Notes: a model not told the origin generated them from the letters alone. Shown: positions 42,101 through 54,357, counted from the first letter of the stretch. The stretch: 64,000 nucleotides of DNA from Amoebidium appalachense (GCA_963693365.1 CAVNZM010000002.1:12518328-12582327); one strand, 5' to 3'. Numbers and translations: made by a program.

Positions 42101-44104
42101 ACCCTGTGACACTGGAAGAAGCAATCTCCAGGCCAGATGGTGCAAAGTGGAAGGCTGCGCTGGACGAGGAGTACGAATCTCTAGTCAAGAATGGGACATG
42201 GTCACTGGTGCCACTCCCACCAGGTCGTCGGGCAGTTTCCTTCAAGTGGGTCTTCAAGATGAAACGCAACGCCGACGGCAGTGTCGAGCGCTACAAGGCC
42301 CGTGGTGTGGCCAGGGGCTTCTCTCAGCAAGAGGGGATAGACTACGAAGAGACCTTTGCCCCGGTGGCCAAGTTCACCAGCTTCAGACTTCTCTTCGCTA
42401 TGGCAGCGGCAGAGAACATGCACCTCACACAAATAGATATCGTCACGGCGTTCCTGAACGGCGACATCAAGGAAGAGCTGTACATGCAGCAACCGCGTGG
42501 GTACGAGGTACCCGGAAAGGAAGACTATGTGTGTCGTTTGCACAAGAGTCTGTATGGCCTCAAGCAAGCAGCAAGGTGCTGGAATGAGAAGATGCATGAG
42601 GCTATGGTCGATCTTGGCTTCACACGTGTGGAAGCTGATCGATGTGTCTACTTCAAGGTCAACGGAAGTGGAAAGACGGTGGTGGCTGTGCATGTGGACG
42701 ACATGCTAGTGGCGGCGTCGACAGATGATCTTATTCAAGAATTCGTCAGGCAGGTTGCGACGAAGTTCTCCGTCAAGGTGATCGGCGAGCCAAAGCTGCT
42801 ACTCGGTGTGCAGGTCAGTCGTGACGCTGCAACAGGCGATATCAAGTTGTCACAGGAAACGTACATCAAGTCATTGATGCGGCGCTTCAACATGGTCGAC
42901 TGCAAGGGTAAGTCAACACCGCTACCGGAGCGATGTGTGTTGAGCAAGGCCATGAGTCCGGCAAGCGAGGAGGAGAGAGTGGCGATGCGGCAAGTTCCTT
43001 ATGCCAGAGCTGTGGGCTCCTTAATGTACGCAATGGTGGCCACCCGGCCAGACATTGCACAAGCAGTGGGGGAACTTAGTAAGTTCGTGAGCAACCCGGG
43101 ACTTCAACACTGGGACGCAGCCAAACATCTTCTCCGGTACCTCAAGGGGACAACCAACTACGGGATTGTCTACCGCGGAGGACGAGGAGGGAGTACAACA
43201 GTGGAGGGATTCACTGACTCCGATTACGCTGGCAACTCCGACGACCGTAAGTCGACGAGCGGATACATCTTCACTGCCAATGGATCTGCCATCAGCTGGG
43301 GCAGCAAGCAACAGAAGACTGTGGCTACTTCATCTACAGAGGCGGAGTATATGGCTACGTGCCTGGCAGTCAAAGAGGCTAAGTGGCTACGACAGCTGCT
43401 GGGGCAGCTGGGCTACGATATGAGTGAGGCGACCATCATCTACGCCGACAACCAGGCCAGCATCAAGCTTGCAAGGAACCCGATGCTCCATAACAGGAGC
43501 AAACACATCGACGTTCAGTACCACTACACCCGTGAGTGTGTGGAGAATGGGGATGTAGAACTTGTGTATTGCAGCACGAACAGTAACGTGGCCGACATGT
43601 GCACCAAAGCTTTAGGGAGACTTAAGTTAGTGCAGCATCGGCAGGCCATCGGCATGGCTGAGTAAGAACTACAAATAGTGTAGTGTTAATGTTCGTGTAG
43701 TAGGTGTTATATGTGTTAGTATAGTAGCATAGTTTTAGAGTTGCATCTTAGGTTTAGGTTGCATGCGGTAGATAGATAGAACACAGTGCAAGTGGGGGTG
43801 TCGAACAGGATAGCCATCCGGTATGCCCTGCGTTAGCGTAGCACTAGTGATCGGGAATATTCGAGATATTCGGGATAAACTGGTGGATAGGTTCACGATA
43901 GATCAGGATAGATCTAGAAGAGTCTAGAAGATTCTATTGGAGTGTTTTGATTGGTAGCGACTAGATCCACAGCGGCGGGTAGACCAATCGGGAATAGTAT
44001 GTAACATTCCAGTTAGCCAGACCACAAGTATATAAAGGTCCCGGCAGGCCAGTCAATGCAAGTCAGCAAATAATAAAGTCTCACAGAGAAACCTCTAAGT
44101 TACA
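39179..44104 (+). mobile_element. Full-length, very young Ty1/copia LTR retrotransposon (Copia-3)
   Basis: 306-bp LTRs 39179-39484 and 43799-44104 are identical except for the last base; perfect TSD CTTGT (39174-39178, 44105-44109); PBS GGTTATGGGCCCAG 39484-39497; PPT AAGTGGGGG before the 3' LTR. Confidence 0.97.
39532..43665 (+). CDS. Copia gag-pol polyprotein, intact 1377 aa
   Basis: CYKCHKFGHYKSQC, WYWDCGATSH, LWHRRFGH, HSDV...SDNGGEY...NGVAER, LYGLKQA, HVDD, FTDSDYA, STEAEY, KHIDVQYH. Confidence 0.97.
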   Translation: MGRAKCPVPMYEGEGKGKISYSMWAMRMKCFLEGEELWYTIEDVAPEVIGEDGEPVEQPPVEIDPLDQKKATSYLVETLGDVPASLCRRAIAVGNPKDIWDTVASYAARNTDEHKRMLIQQFWRADMMPTESVLEYAARLECIVQDLLHIDPNGVSEDMVAEKFLDGVGADDRFRTDVRTIQALPAAEKTMEKIIAKLRGFEENEAAREQQRVMMTSTQGRGGTPRQDTGKPRVTDISKVECYKCHKFGHYKSQCPKKKKGGNRGDKAKQNGASKELAMAVNSGLPSSTEWYWDCGATSHVTCRKDWMEDFRSITPKPVALGNTPGVMALGIGVVRLTSEFQGNSMTFRLQNVLYVPAFGTNVMSASSAGKHGLRGITDGRQCTIESATDGQVVARGVVEGGLYRLLVKPGCESVNMVTTAVGSSGGNTVCEPVKGSASLWHRRFGHVATNTLQKMAKENIVEGLCIDCKPQDDGVCEGCARGKQARLSFSKLPRKTAPAKLDRVHSDVAGPFNKESLQGSKYYVTFIDDKTRFTTVYFMKHKSQVHTYFKKYKAHVEKQHGASIKILRSDNGGEYTSTEFKSFLEACGIEHEATVPYTPEQNGVAERANRTIVETARCMLQSAGMSMGFWQLAVQAAVYIKNLTPTTVLGGMTPWEAWYGEKPDVSHLRVFGSKAFVHVPKDERRKLDAKSRECKFVGYTGDSKTYLLWDTEARKTIVGRDVVIDESCTPKAGIPVVQDEPMELLMHKPIGNQQSLESRDPISAKKQHSFRKPAIGTDSGYDSDAIGDGAGEDSGDSDAAGSGDEEDSAELQVATRSAYPSMTTRRGGTYGINAGVVEYRDSISMAIESADSNEDDPVTLEEAISRPDGAKWKAALDEEYESLVKNGTWSLVPLPPGRRAVSFKWVFKMKRNADGSVERYKARGVARGFSQQEGIDYEETFAPVAKFTSFRLLFAMAAAENMHLTQIDIVTAFLNGDIKEELYMQQPRGYEVPGKEDYVCRLHKSLYGLKQAARCWNEKMHEAMVDLGFTRVEADRCVYFKVNGSGKTVVAVHVDDMLVAASTDDLIQEFVRQVATKFSVKVIGEPKLLLGVQVSRDAATGDIKLSQETYIKSLMRRFNMVDCKGKSTPLPERCVLSKAMSPASEEERVAMRQVPYARAVGSLMYAMVATRPDIAQAVGELSKFVSNPGLQHWDAAKHLLRYLKGTTNYGIVYRGGRGGSTTVEGFTDSDYAGNSDDRKSTSGYIFTANGSAISWGSKQQKTVATSSTEAEYMATCLAVKEAKWLRQLLGQLGYDMSEATIIYADNQASIKLARNPMLHNRSKHIDVQYHYTRECVENGDVELVYCSTNSNVADMCTKALGRLKLVQHRQAIGMAE

Positions 44105-44931
44105 CTTGTTGCGTTGGGCGTTTTTCTTAGCCATTCGTGATCATGAGGGCATCACACATGCACCGTAGTTAAACATATGCACAAGTACTACGGGTGTTGA
44201 ACATTTACTGCCTGCATGGTGCGTTTCTGCCAAATACACTCTCTGGGGGTAGAGTAGGCATGGCGTGTGAACATTATACACACGTACAGCGTGATCATTC
44301 AGTCCACCTTTTTGTGGAATGCCCTGTCAGCCATACACATACCGACAACGGGAAGGCGTTTCGGTCGAAAACACATCATGACTGTTTTCCACACCGTCCA
44401 ACGCAACCAGCAGACTCTGACAGACACCCTGTTGTTCTTTTTGTGATAAATTACTTGTTGCATATATCGTCTCGTCAAGTATCCCTTGCATCCAAAGGTC
44501 ACTTGAGTGCAACGTGTTTTGTTGCACAGTGCAGTGTGCAGAGGTAGCACTAGTATCGGTACGAGCCCACTATGTACTGCCACTAACATGAAACAAGTTG
44601 AATTAGATGCTTGCTACTTAACTGTATTGTTTTTCTTTCTCTTGCTCACGGATAAAAGAAATGCAAACCCGGCAGCTCTCTTTCTATTCTAAGTCTTTGT
44701 ACATCTACCCGTCTGCTCTCTCCCTACACCAGATCTGCGCAGAAGCTGCTAATTATATCTAACGTTACGTTGTCTTGGGCTAGCACTAACCCGGACCGTG
44801 CGTGTTTGCAAACCGCCACTGCACCAAAAGAGGCCGGTTAATATACTGTGCCAGTGTGTCGTTTGTTACACAGGGTAAGTGTGTGTGTGTGTATTGCGCA
44901 TGTGTGTGTACTGTGTGTGACATTAAGATGG

Positions 44932-45075
<144 letters not shown>

Positions 45076-45262
45076 CGCAGTGTGTGTGTGTGTGTTTGTG
45101 TGTGTGTGAGTCACTTGTGTCACGTTTGCGTGTGTATTTGTGCACGCGTACACTTAGGCGTCTGTATATGCTTGTGTGTGTGTGTGTGTGTGCCCTTGCG
45201 TGCACGGGTGTGTATGCACACGTCTGTGTGTGTATTCTTTGTGTGTGCGTATATGTGTGTCA

Positions 45263-45443
<181 letters not shown>

Positions 45444-45492
45444 ATGTGTGTTGCAATCCGGTGGGTGGGTGTTTGTTAGAGTATGTGTCGTG

Positions 45493-45548
<56 letters not shown>

Positions 45549-45611
45549 TGTGTGTTTCAATCCCGTGGGTAGGTGTTTGTTAGAGTATGTGTCACGTGTT
45601 TGTCTGTATGT

Positions 45612-45658
<47 letters not shown>

Positions 45659-46096
45659 CGCACACACACGCGCACGCACACGCGTTCAGGTGTGAGTGTA
45701 TGTCGACGTCAGTGAAGGTGTACGTTGTTATGCTCTCACGATCCTCTTCCTAGCCTTCCCTCCCGGGACCCTTCCCCCCCCCCCCCCCCCCCCTTCTTTC
45801 CCTCCCCTCGCCAGGGGCACCTTGTTGCCCCGCCTCTCTTGTAGGTGCCTAGGGAGGGAGGTGGTGGTGGGGGAGGGAGGAAGGGGGAGGAAGGAAGGCA
45901 TAAGGAACTTCGGAAAGGGGGGGGGGGGGGGGGGGGGCTGGCGGGCAAAAGTGGGGTTTGGGTGGGGCGGCTGGGGAAGGTGGGGTCGATATGGAGAAGG
46001 TAACAGATCTGTGTAAGAAGTGTTGAAGTGAGCGAGGTCAAGCTGCCTTGTTTACATGTAGTTATTTGTGTGTTTATGTGTGTGTGTGTGTCACGG

Positions 46097-46169
<73 letters not shown>

Positions 46170-46178
46170 CTCTCTCGT

Positions 46179-46224
<46 letters not shown>

Positions 46225-46280
46225 TGGTGTGTGTGTGTGTCTGTGTGTGTGTGTGTGTGTGTACGACATGTGTGTGTGCG

Positions 46281-46311
<31 letters not shown>

Positions 46312-47313
46312 TTGTGTGTATTTTTGTTTGTATGTTTGTGTGTGTTTCTTACGGCCCGGTGTTCTTGCCTAAGTTAGTTGTGTAGAGGGGGGACTAGTAC
46401 GGGCGGGCCTTCCCATGCAGTCAGGGGTGGGCAGGTGGGTGGTTATGGGCAGTGTATAAGTTGAGCATGATGGGGGTGGGACAAACTTGAGCCTATGCCT
46501 GAACAACCAAGCCATGTTTATTTGGCTTCTTCTGAGTGGTAGCACCAAAACCCCACTGTTTGCACCTTCTAGAACGGGCGTACAGTGGGACAAGCTCCGG
46601 TAACAGGTTTGAGGTGTAGTGGCTTGTTGTCGATGACACAAAAAAAGTTGCAGTGACCGGGTTAAAGTGGTCTCTGCATAACCTTTGGCTCTTATAGGTT
46701 CTTTTTTCACTCTACTGGGCCACGTCACGGCGTCTTCTAACCATAGTTCCGTGAAACACACACCATACCACCACGTCCACAGATCTAGACTCCGGAGGTA
46801 GACTGCAGCTCTACTGATGAGCAGGCATGTGCGTGCGGGGCTTTTGATTGTTTAACCAATATTTTAAACTGTTGTTATTTGTGTCATATACAATTACTCA
46901 CTACTCTAAAAGTGCGCTTATACTAGCTTAAAGTAGGTTAGATTAGAGTCGCTTCAGTTCTTGTAGGTGTTGTAAGTTTCGCACGGAAAACCATGGCGCC
47001 GCGGCTACGCAGTCTGCACAGGGGAAGGCCCTATGGCTCCAGAGCCGCATTCCACAGATCGGCCTATTATAGATCCACTGTAGTCCGAATGATTCACATT
47101 GAATGTGAATCAATTTTGTGGCGCTTCTCAATTTTTACCTTGTGGTCAAAAAATACATGTTACTTAAGCAAAAACTTAGTTTTGGTAGTCAAAAAAACGC
47201 CCATATAATTTTTTTGGGGTGTTTATGTCTATATTTTTCATGTTACTTAGAGACGTTCGAGAGGTGGTGCGAGCTCCAAACAATGTGAATCAATCTGAAA
47301 ACAATGTGAATCA

Positions 47314-47410
47314 ATTCAGTCGCACACATCGATTCAGTCGCACACATCGATTCAGTCGCACACACATCGATTCAGTCGCACACATCGATTCAGTCGCACA
47401 CATCGATTCA
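47314..47410 (+). repeat. Tandem repeat, 5 x 18 bp (ATTCAGTCGCACACATCG)
   Basis: Five adjacent copies, one with an extra CA, ~100 bp upstream of the RT ORF. Confidence 0.95.
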
Positions 47411-47515
47411 AATGTCGCTTTTTATTATCTGCTAATAAATAGTATCCTTCGCGCATCCACCCCTAAACCAGGCCATCCGTGGCCCTAAGGGCCGGGGAAC
47501 ACCCCCATCCATGTC

Positions 47516-49711
47516 ATGGCACATGCCTATAATCGTTTCAGAACCTCTTTCAAAGTTCCATCTACACCCATCACACATGTGCGACCATTAAAACGTCCAG
47601 CAGATACACCTACCACAGATGCACAACCAGAAAAACATCGCCTTAGACTAAGCGCAACACCTATTTACAATACACTACCCATTCAGAATAACACCACACC
47701 ACTCCGTAGAAACACAATAACAACCATGCCGAAACTTTCGGCATGGTTGTTATCTAGTTATAGCTCTAGTAAGTCTTGTGGACCTGATGGACTCCCTGCT
47801 GGGTTTCTTAAAATCCTTGTTCCCTCCTACCCACAAAAGGAAAGTGATCGTGCTATTAAACCTGATCTTACTATCATGTTAAGCTCTCTCTTTTCTTGGT
47901 GTGTTAAATGTGGACATGTCCCGTCATCTTGGTTAGATACCTTAGTGATCCCCATAGTTAAGAAGGACTCTGAGGGCCCCATATCATCCTTTCGCCCCAT
48001 TACACTAACCCAGGTTGTTCGTAGATTCTTTGAAGCTTGCTTACTTAGGTTATTTGCACATCACCCTAGGTTTCAATCTATTCTTCACATACACCCATGC
48101 CAATCCGCTTTTCGTAAAAACAATTCATGTTATGTTCAAATAATGGCACTGCACGATTCTATGCAAGTTGGTGCACAATATGTTGGCTTTATTGATTGGA
48201 AAACTGCTTACGATTCTGTCTCCCCTGGTCTCCTATGGGAAAAGCTTGCTGCACGGGGTGTACCACACTGCATTGGTGTTCTGTTAGAAGCACTCTTGTC
48301 TCAAACCTATGGTAGAGCTGTGGTTAATGGGCATCTTTCATATGGTTTTGCTCGTACTAGAGGTCTCTTGCAGGGTTCATTGCTTAGCCCCTTTTTGTTT
48401 AACCTATTTATAGATGATTTGGCTGTCAAGATTTACGCCGAAAACGATGACCCTATTAATAACTTTCTGCCTGCACTTCTCTATGCTGATGATCTGTCCC
48501 TCCTTGCCCGTACCCCTAGACGCCTGCAAAGATTGTTCGATGTAGTGTCAGAGTGGTGCAAGGCAAACCTTATGATCCTTAACATAGACAAATGTGGTGT
48601 TCTTGTACCTGATATAGCTAACAATTTACACACATTTACATTATCATCTAAACCTGTACCTATAGTTCCAGAATACAAATATCTTGGTGTTCCGGTTGAT
48701 TCTGTTGGTGTTATGTTTCCCCATATGGTCGAAAAGAGGGTAGAGTTGGCTCGTAAGCGGTTAGCTTTCTTTTTGGCTAATATTTTTAAAGACACACCCC
48801 TCCATCCTTCTATTAGACTTACATTTATTCGCACTTTTGTCTTCCCGGCATGTGAATATGGTTTACCCCTTCTCGCCGCTTGGATCAAGAAAGAGAGAAG
48901 TAGAGCGCTTAAACCCCTGGCAAATTTCCTTGAAGCAGAAGTTGCCTCCTTTCTATCTAACAACTGTTGTAAACCTGGGCCTGTAACGCTCTCGATATAT
49001 GGTCTGGTCCCAATAGCTGCTAGAGTATCCTATCTCGCGCTGAAATTCAATAAGCACATAAGCCGCTTAAAGAAGTATTTGCCCTCCCACCCTCTCTTCT
49101 CTATCCGACCTGTCCCCTCCTCACCTCTCCCCTCTTTCCTCCCCTCTCTCTCCCCTTCTCCCCTGGGCACAAATACAAATAAACCCCGCAATAGTGTGTG
49201 TTTGACTTTGGACTGCCACTTACTTATTAAACATGTACACAATCACAAGATAATCACGCAATATAACAAATGGAAAAAGATACCACACGACACTAGACCC
49301 GATGAAAGCATACACCTTGAAAAACTAAGCCTTATGTCTCGTTTTATATATACTGACCGCCTCAACCATATTGCCAAATATGGCACTCGCAAGTGTATAA
49401 CACCTAAATACATATTACCTTCCTGTAGAACTGGTCTTTCTCTAGCTGATGGTATTATTGATCAATTACCACGCTTTTACTGTACACGTGCTATACAGTG
49501 GAGATCTAATAAGTATAAGGTGGCATCATTTGCATGCCCAAACAACACACACACACACCAGTTTAACCGGTCATGTATCGCCAAATGTAGTTTAATAGAC
49601 CACATAATACCGCAACACACACACGTCACATTCACAACAGACACCCAGAAAGATAGCCTACCTGTAAATTACAACATCCTTGATTTTATACTAAACACCA
49701 CGGCCCTCTGA
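47516..49711 (+). CDS. Non-LTR reverse transcriptase without a visible endonuclease; last ~21 codons displaced by the P insertion
   Basis: KSCGPDG, IPIVKK, FRPITL, QSAFR, DWKTAYDSV, GLLQGSLLSPFLF, YADD, YKYLG, and a C-terminal Cys/His-rich motif. Confidence 0.92.
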   Translation: MAHAYNRFRTSFKVPSTPITHVRPLKRPADTPTTDAQPEKHRLRLSATPIYNTLPIQNNTTPLRRNTITTMPKLSAWLLSSYSSSKSCGPDGLPAGFLKILVPSYPQKESDRAIKPDLTIMLSSLFSWCVKCGHVPSSWLDTLVIPIVKKDSEGPISSFRPITLTQVVRRFFEACLLRLFAHHPRFQSILHIHPCQSAFRKNNSCYVQIMALHDSMQVGAQYVGFIDWKTAYDSVSPGLLWEKLAARGVPHCIGVLLEALLSQTYGRAVVNGHLSYGFARTRGLLQGSLLSPFLFNLFIDDLAVKIYAENDDPINNFLPALLYADDLSLLARTPRRLQRLFDVVSEWCKANLMILNIDKCGVLVPDIANNLHTFTLSSKPVPIVPEYKYLGVPVDSVGVMFPHMVEKRVELARKRLAFFLANIFKDTPLHPSIRLTFIRTFVFPACEYGLPLLAAWIKKERSRALKPLANFLEAEVASFLSNNCCKPGPVTLSIYGLVPIAARVSYLALKFNKHISRLKKYLPSHPLFSIRPVPSSPLPSFLPSLSPSPLGTNTNKPRNSVCLTLDCHLLIKHVHNHKIITQYNKWKKIPHDTRPDESIHLEKLSLMSRFIYTDRLNHIAKYGTRKCITPKYILPSCRTGLSLADGIIDQLPRFYCTRAIQWRSNKYKVASFACPNNTHTHQFNRSCIAKCSLIDHIIPQHTHVTFTTDTQKDSLPVNYNILDFILNTTAL

Positions 49712-51245
49712 AAAAAAGACGGCCTGGATACAGAACGGGGTCAAAAGAGCAGATTGGTATTTCGATCCACTGGATTCGCTAGCAAACTACTATCAGTGCG
49801 CAGATTATGAAGGAAAACGGAAGGAAAAAAAAAAACGACAAAAGTTTATGAAGTGCTTCCTATGTTCTAAGGCGTTTTTTTGTCTTAGAGTAATATGCGC
49901 AAGCCCTATAGCACAAAGTTTTGGCATAGTGTACATAATAGTGTAGCTGAGTCTCAGTATAGTTATATCTATTGAGCAGTTCAAAGAAAAGAAAGAGGGT
50001 TAGAAAACACTGACAAAGCCGCTAGAGCTCTGCTTCCTCCAAATACGCCTCTACCATCCAATCGTACTCCGCCTCTGCTGCCTCCAGTGCAGCCACCAGC
50101 TCGTCATCATTTCCCTCCATCTCCCACTCGACGGTAGGTGGTTCCGCCGTGGTTGCTTTGTTTTCACCTTTCTTTCCCTTCTTCCTCCCTTCGCCTCCCT
50201 TTTCCTCTGTTTTGCTCTCCTTTTTCTTCTTTGCTGGTTTTGTCGACGGCATGCTCCCTGCAACTGTGGCGGGGATGCCTGCCCCCGCGGCGGCCTCGCT
50301 CGCCGCCAAAGCGGCCGCCTGCACTGTTTTGGCTTTCCGGTTTGCTTTGTTGGGTGCTTTCTTCGCTTGTTCCTTGCGTTGACGCACATACGCGCTCAGG
50401 TGGCAGTTGGTTGCAACGGTTATTAGTCGTTCCACTAGTGCTCTCTTTTGCGTGCCGCACACCCCACACTCGTCCATAAGTGCCTTATCGGTATTGTACC
50501 TTTTGACTGCATGTTCGCTGAGTAGCACAGCCACCGTTCTATGGCTGCCCCCCGGAAGGTACGTGTTGACCAGTGGCTTTAGCAGTGCCTCCACCACACA
50601 GTAGACCAATGTGACAATGCTCACTGTTGGTGGTGAAGGGAAAGTCAGGCCCCCCCGATTGGCGGCGCGGATGAGTCGGTAGTGATCGTCTGTGGCTCTC
50701 CCGGCCGTAGTGGTGGCTGTTTCGGTAGCTGTGGTGCTTGTTTCACTGGGTGTGTTGGTGTTTTTGTTGGGTGTGGTGATTTCGAGTTGTGCACGACTTG
50801 TGTTGCAGCCAACACCGCGCACGTGAAGCGCGTGCACACAGAACCCTGCCCGGTAGGTTAGCACCTCTGGCTTTCTGACGTCTTCGCTGATTTTATAGAC
50901 GTGGCCCCAGATGGTGTTGTTGTAGAGTGGGAGAATGGTCTCGATGGTGATCGTTTTGCGTTTGCTGTTGAGTCCTGTGTTCATGTTGTCGAACAGCTGT
51001 GTTACACTTGTGCCCGTCTGCACTGCCAGCTTTGCCAGCTTCTGCACCCGTATCCTTTTGACGGCCTGGAGAGTCTGTTCATAGAGGTGAGTTTATTGTG
51101 TGATTTGTGTATATATAGATGGCACGTGGCTATAAAAGTTTAATATGACACACTATGGCGCGGGCGCGCAAGCAGTGTATCATAGCATATCTTCGTGTGT
51201 ACACAAGCATGGTTTAGGTATATCTGCATGGGGTTGTGTATGTAT

Positions 51246-51296
<51 letters not shown>

Positions 51297-51405
51297 TACG
51301 GTGTGTGTGTGTGTGTGTGTGTGTGGTGTTTGGTGTATGTGTGTCTGTGTGTGTGTGTGTGCGTGTACGTGTGTGCATTTTTGTGGTTTGAGTTCAACAG
51401 CCCCG

Positions 51406-51442
<37 letters not shown>

Positions 51443-51790
51443 TTTCATTTTTCGTTCAGTTTTCTTTGCACCCTTTCTTTTCACCACACTCCTTTTATCC
51501 TGATACCCCCCCTCCCCCTCCCCTCCTCCTCCAACCCCTTCTTCCGTCCCTGCCTCTCTCGCTATCCCCCCCCCCCCCCTTTTTTTTTCTCCTGATTATT
51601 TTATTCCCTGGGGCCACCATGTCATGACACCACTATCCTATTATTAAGGTGAATCACCAAATCATCCTATATCTGTTCTGTCTCTGTTCTTTGTAATGCT
51701 GTATGAATCGTGTGTGTGTGATGTATCTCTTGTGTTTCATTGTTGCAGGCAGTGGGTGGGTGGCTGAGTAGGGTAGGGGTGTGCGTGCGT

Positions 51791-51853
<63 letters not shown>

Positions 51854-52139
51854 AGGAGGGGAGGTACCCACCTGTGCTGTCCCAACGTTGTAGTTCCCAC
51901 CGCTGTACTGTCGGATTGTGCCAAAAGCACCCTCAAGGGAGTCGGTTTGAAACTTTCTGGTGAGCACAAAGTTGAGCTTCTCGCCGCTCACGCCGCTGTC
52001 CAGGAGATAGCGGATGAGACTGGCCTGCAAATTAAAAGTCAGCAAAATCTGTGTGGCACCACATTTGACTACGCTTGGCATGTGAAAAACCATATGGAAA
52101 CCCCCCCCCCCCCCCTCCCCACCCACCCATCCCGACACA

Positions 52140-52193
<54 letters not shown>

Positions 52194-52273
52194 AACACAC
52201 TGATGCGCGCGCACACACACACGTGTCACACACACACACACACACACACAGTGTCACACACAGACACACACAA

Positions 52274-52309
<36 letters not shown>

Positions 52310-53237
52310 TTCATGCCGGTCGACTCCTCATGTGACCTTGTGTGTTGGGGGGGTGAGGGGGTGAGGGGGCGAGGGCATGAGGACATTGGAGGGGATTTTG
52401 AGGGGGGGGGGGGGGGGGGTACCATTGTCTTGCTCGTAAACGCCAGCGACCACTGTGTTTCCTCCGTAAACCCTCCAGCCGGCGTGCCGCTCCCCTATTT
52501 CCAGGGCACGGACAACAAGCTGGCCGAACACGAACATCTCCTTCTGGCGCTTCCTCGCTACTGCCTCTTCCTCTTGCCTTGCCCGAACCTTCTCCATCTT
52601 TGCGGCTCTCTCTTCCGGGTCCGTACGAGGAGGCGCGGAAGGGGCGCTCAGGTAACTGGGGCAGTTGGGAAAAATGCTCGGGACGGCGCCTGGCCTAGGC
52701 CACGCTTTGCCACCTTTTTTAACGATGTCATGGGCGGGAAAGTGACGGCAGCAGACCCGCGCAACACCGTGCGGGTCGAAGTTATCAGGCCACTGCCTCG
52801 GCACAGCACGTAGCCACGCACTGAGAAGGTTCCGTGTTTCTTCGCGTAGCGTCTCGCTTTTATTGCGCCCGTCGTTTGGGTTGGGGAATTTGTAAACGAA
52901 AACCTTGTTTTGGTCGTCGTAGTTGCCTCTGCAGCCTGGAACACTGCATATGTTACCGATTTTGTTGCTACGCAGACCGTTACTTCTCTTCTTATCCATT
53001 CCAGGCTCGGGAGGAGCAGCTCCCTTCATAAGGCCAGTCCCGCCGTCAGCCATGTTACCGATGTCTCCGTCTTTGAACCAAAAAAAGCGAGACGTAAACG
53101 AAAAACAACAACATACATGTTCTGTGCCGACATCTCGTTTTAGGGCCGGAATCCAGTGGATCGAGATACCACGAGCACAATGGAATGCGATTTTATGACG
53201 TAGTGTATCCAGGCCGTCTTTTTTTCAGAGGGCCGTG
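49699..53237 (-). mobile_element. P-superfamily DNA transposon, internally deleted
   Basis: 34-bp perfect TIRs CACGGCCCTCTGAAAAAAAGACGGCCTGGATACA (49699-49732, 53204-53237); 8-bp TSD CTAAACAC (49691-49698, 53238-53245). Confidence 0.95.
50022..53053 (-). pseudogene. Spliced THAP-domain P transposase lacking most of the catalytic core
   Basis: THAP domain CSVPGC...KFP...W...VCCRHF...GAVPSIF (52420-53053); P-type RNase H C-terminal motif FVLTRKFQTDSLEGAFGTIRQYSGGN (~51872-52080); C-terminal exon 50022-~51060. Confidence 0.85.
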
Positions 53238-53383
53238 CTAAACACACGTAACTACGACCTGTTTATTAGATGTATTGATTGGCTTGAGAAACACATCACT
53301 ACAAAATTATAGCGCACGCGCACACACACACACACACATACACACACACAACCAGCTGACACCGAGTGTCCCGAGGGGAGCCC

Positions 53384-53429
<46 letters not shown>

Positions 53430-53926
53430 GGGGAACCCCAACTACTTGATTTCTCCTTGTAGTCTTTATGGTGTCCTGTAGAGAAAGTAAACCCTGATAT
53501 ATAGTCACCACCCGACATCTATGTACGTGATCATGATATACCGCTGAGGGGATATTCCGAGCAAAACCCCCCCCCATACCTGAGACTGGTTCTCTTTGCC
53601 TCGAGTAAACAGCGTAAACCCCCCAATCAATTCGCGACTTCGAGTCGCGACTCACATGATCACGGCCGCGCCAGCCGGGGGGGCTACGTGATCCGACATA
53701 TCATACTAATTAGTGACTAAGTGACACGTGCAGCGTGCGAGGGCTTTTAATGCCGGCATGTCATAGTGCCTGCCAAATGAATAGCGTGTGTCTGTAGGTG
53801 TGTGTGTGCGCGCATGTGTGTGAGTGGGTGGGTGGGTGGGTGCCGGGTGGGTGGGTGTATGTGTATGTGTGTGTGTGTGTGTGTGTGTGGCGGTGTGCAC
53901 GTGTGTACGGTGTGCGCGCGCGCGTC

Positions 53927-53957
<31 letters not shown>

Positions 53958-53967
53958 TGTGTGTCAC

Positions 53968-54021
<54 letters not shown>

Positions 54022-54163
54022 CGTGTGTGTGTGTGTGTGTTCGGAGAACGTGTGTGTTAGTGTGTGTGTGTGTGCGACTATGATGTGTGTGTCATTATGG
54101 TGAACAATGTGTGTGGCACTGTGTGTGTGTGTGTGTGTGTACATGTGTGCATGTGTGTGCACC

Positions 54164-54257
<94 letters not shown>

Positions 54258-54318
54258 TGTGTGTGTGTGTATGTACGGTGTGTGTGTGTGTGTGTGTGTG
54301 TGCAACGGTGTGTGTGTG

Positions 54319-54357
<39 letters not shown>

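Larger units (their letters stand above)
47318..53624 (+). mobile_element. LINE-like non-LTR retroelement, interrupted by a P element
   Basis: RT ORF plus a 3' region shared with the copy at 23105-24298. Candidate TSD AATCAATTC at 47309-47317 and 53625-53633; the 5' boundary is tentative. Confidence 0.75.

Noticed and set aside
47314-47410. CRISPR-like array (also the 45-bp array at 62037)
   Set aside because: Contiguous tandem repeats with no unique spacers, no cas genes, and a eukaryotic context.
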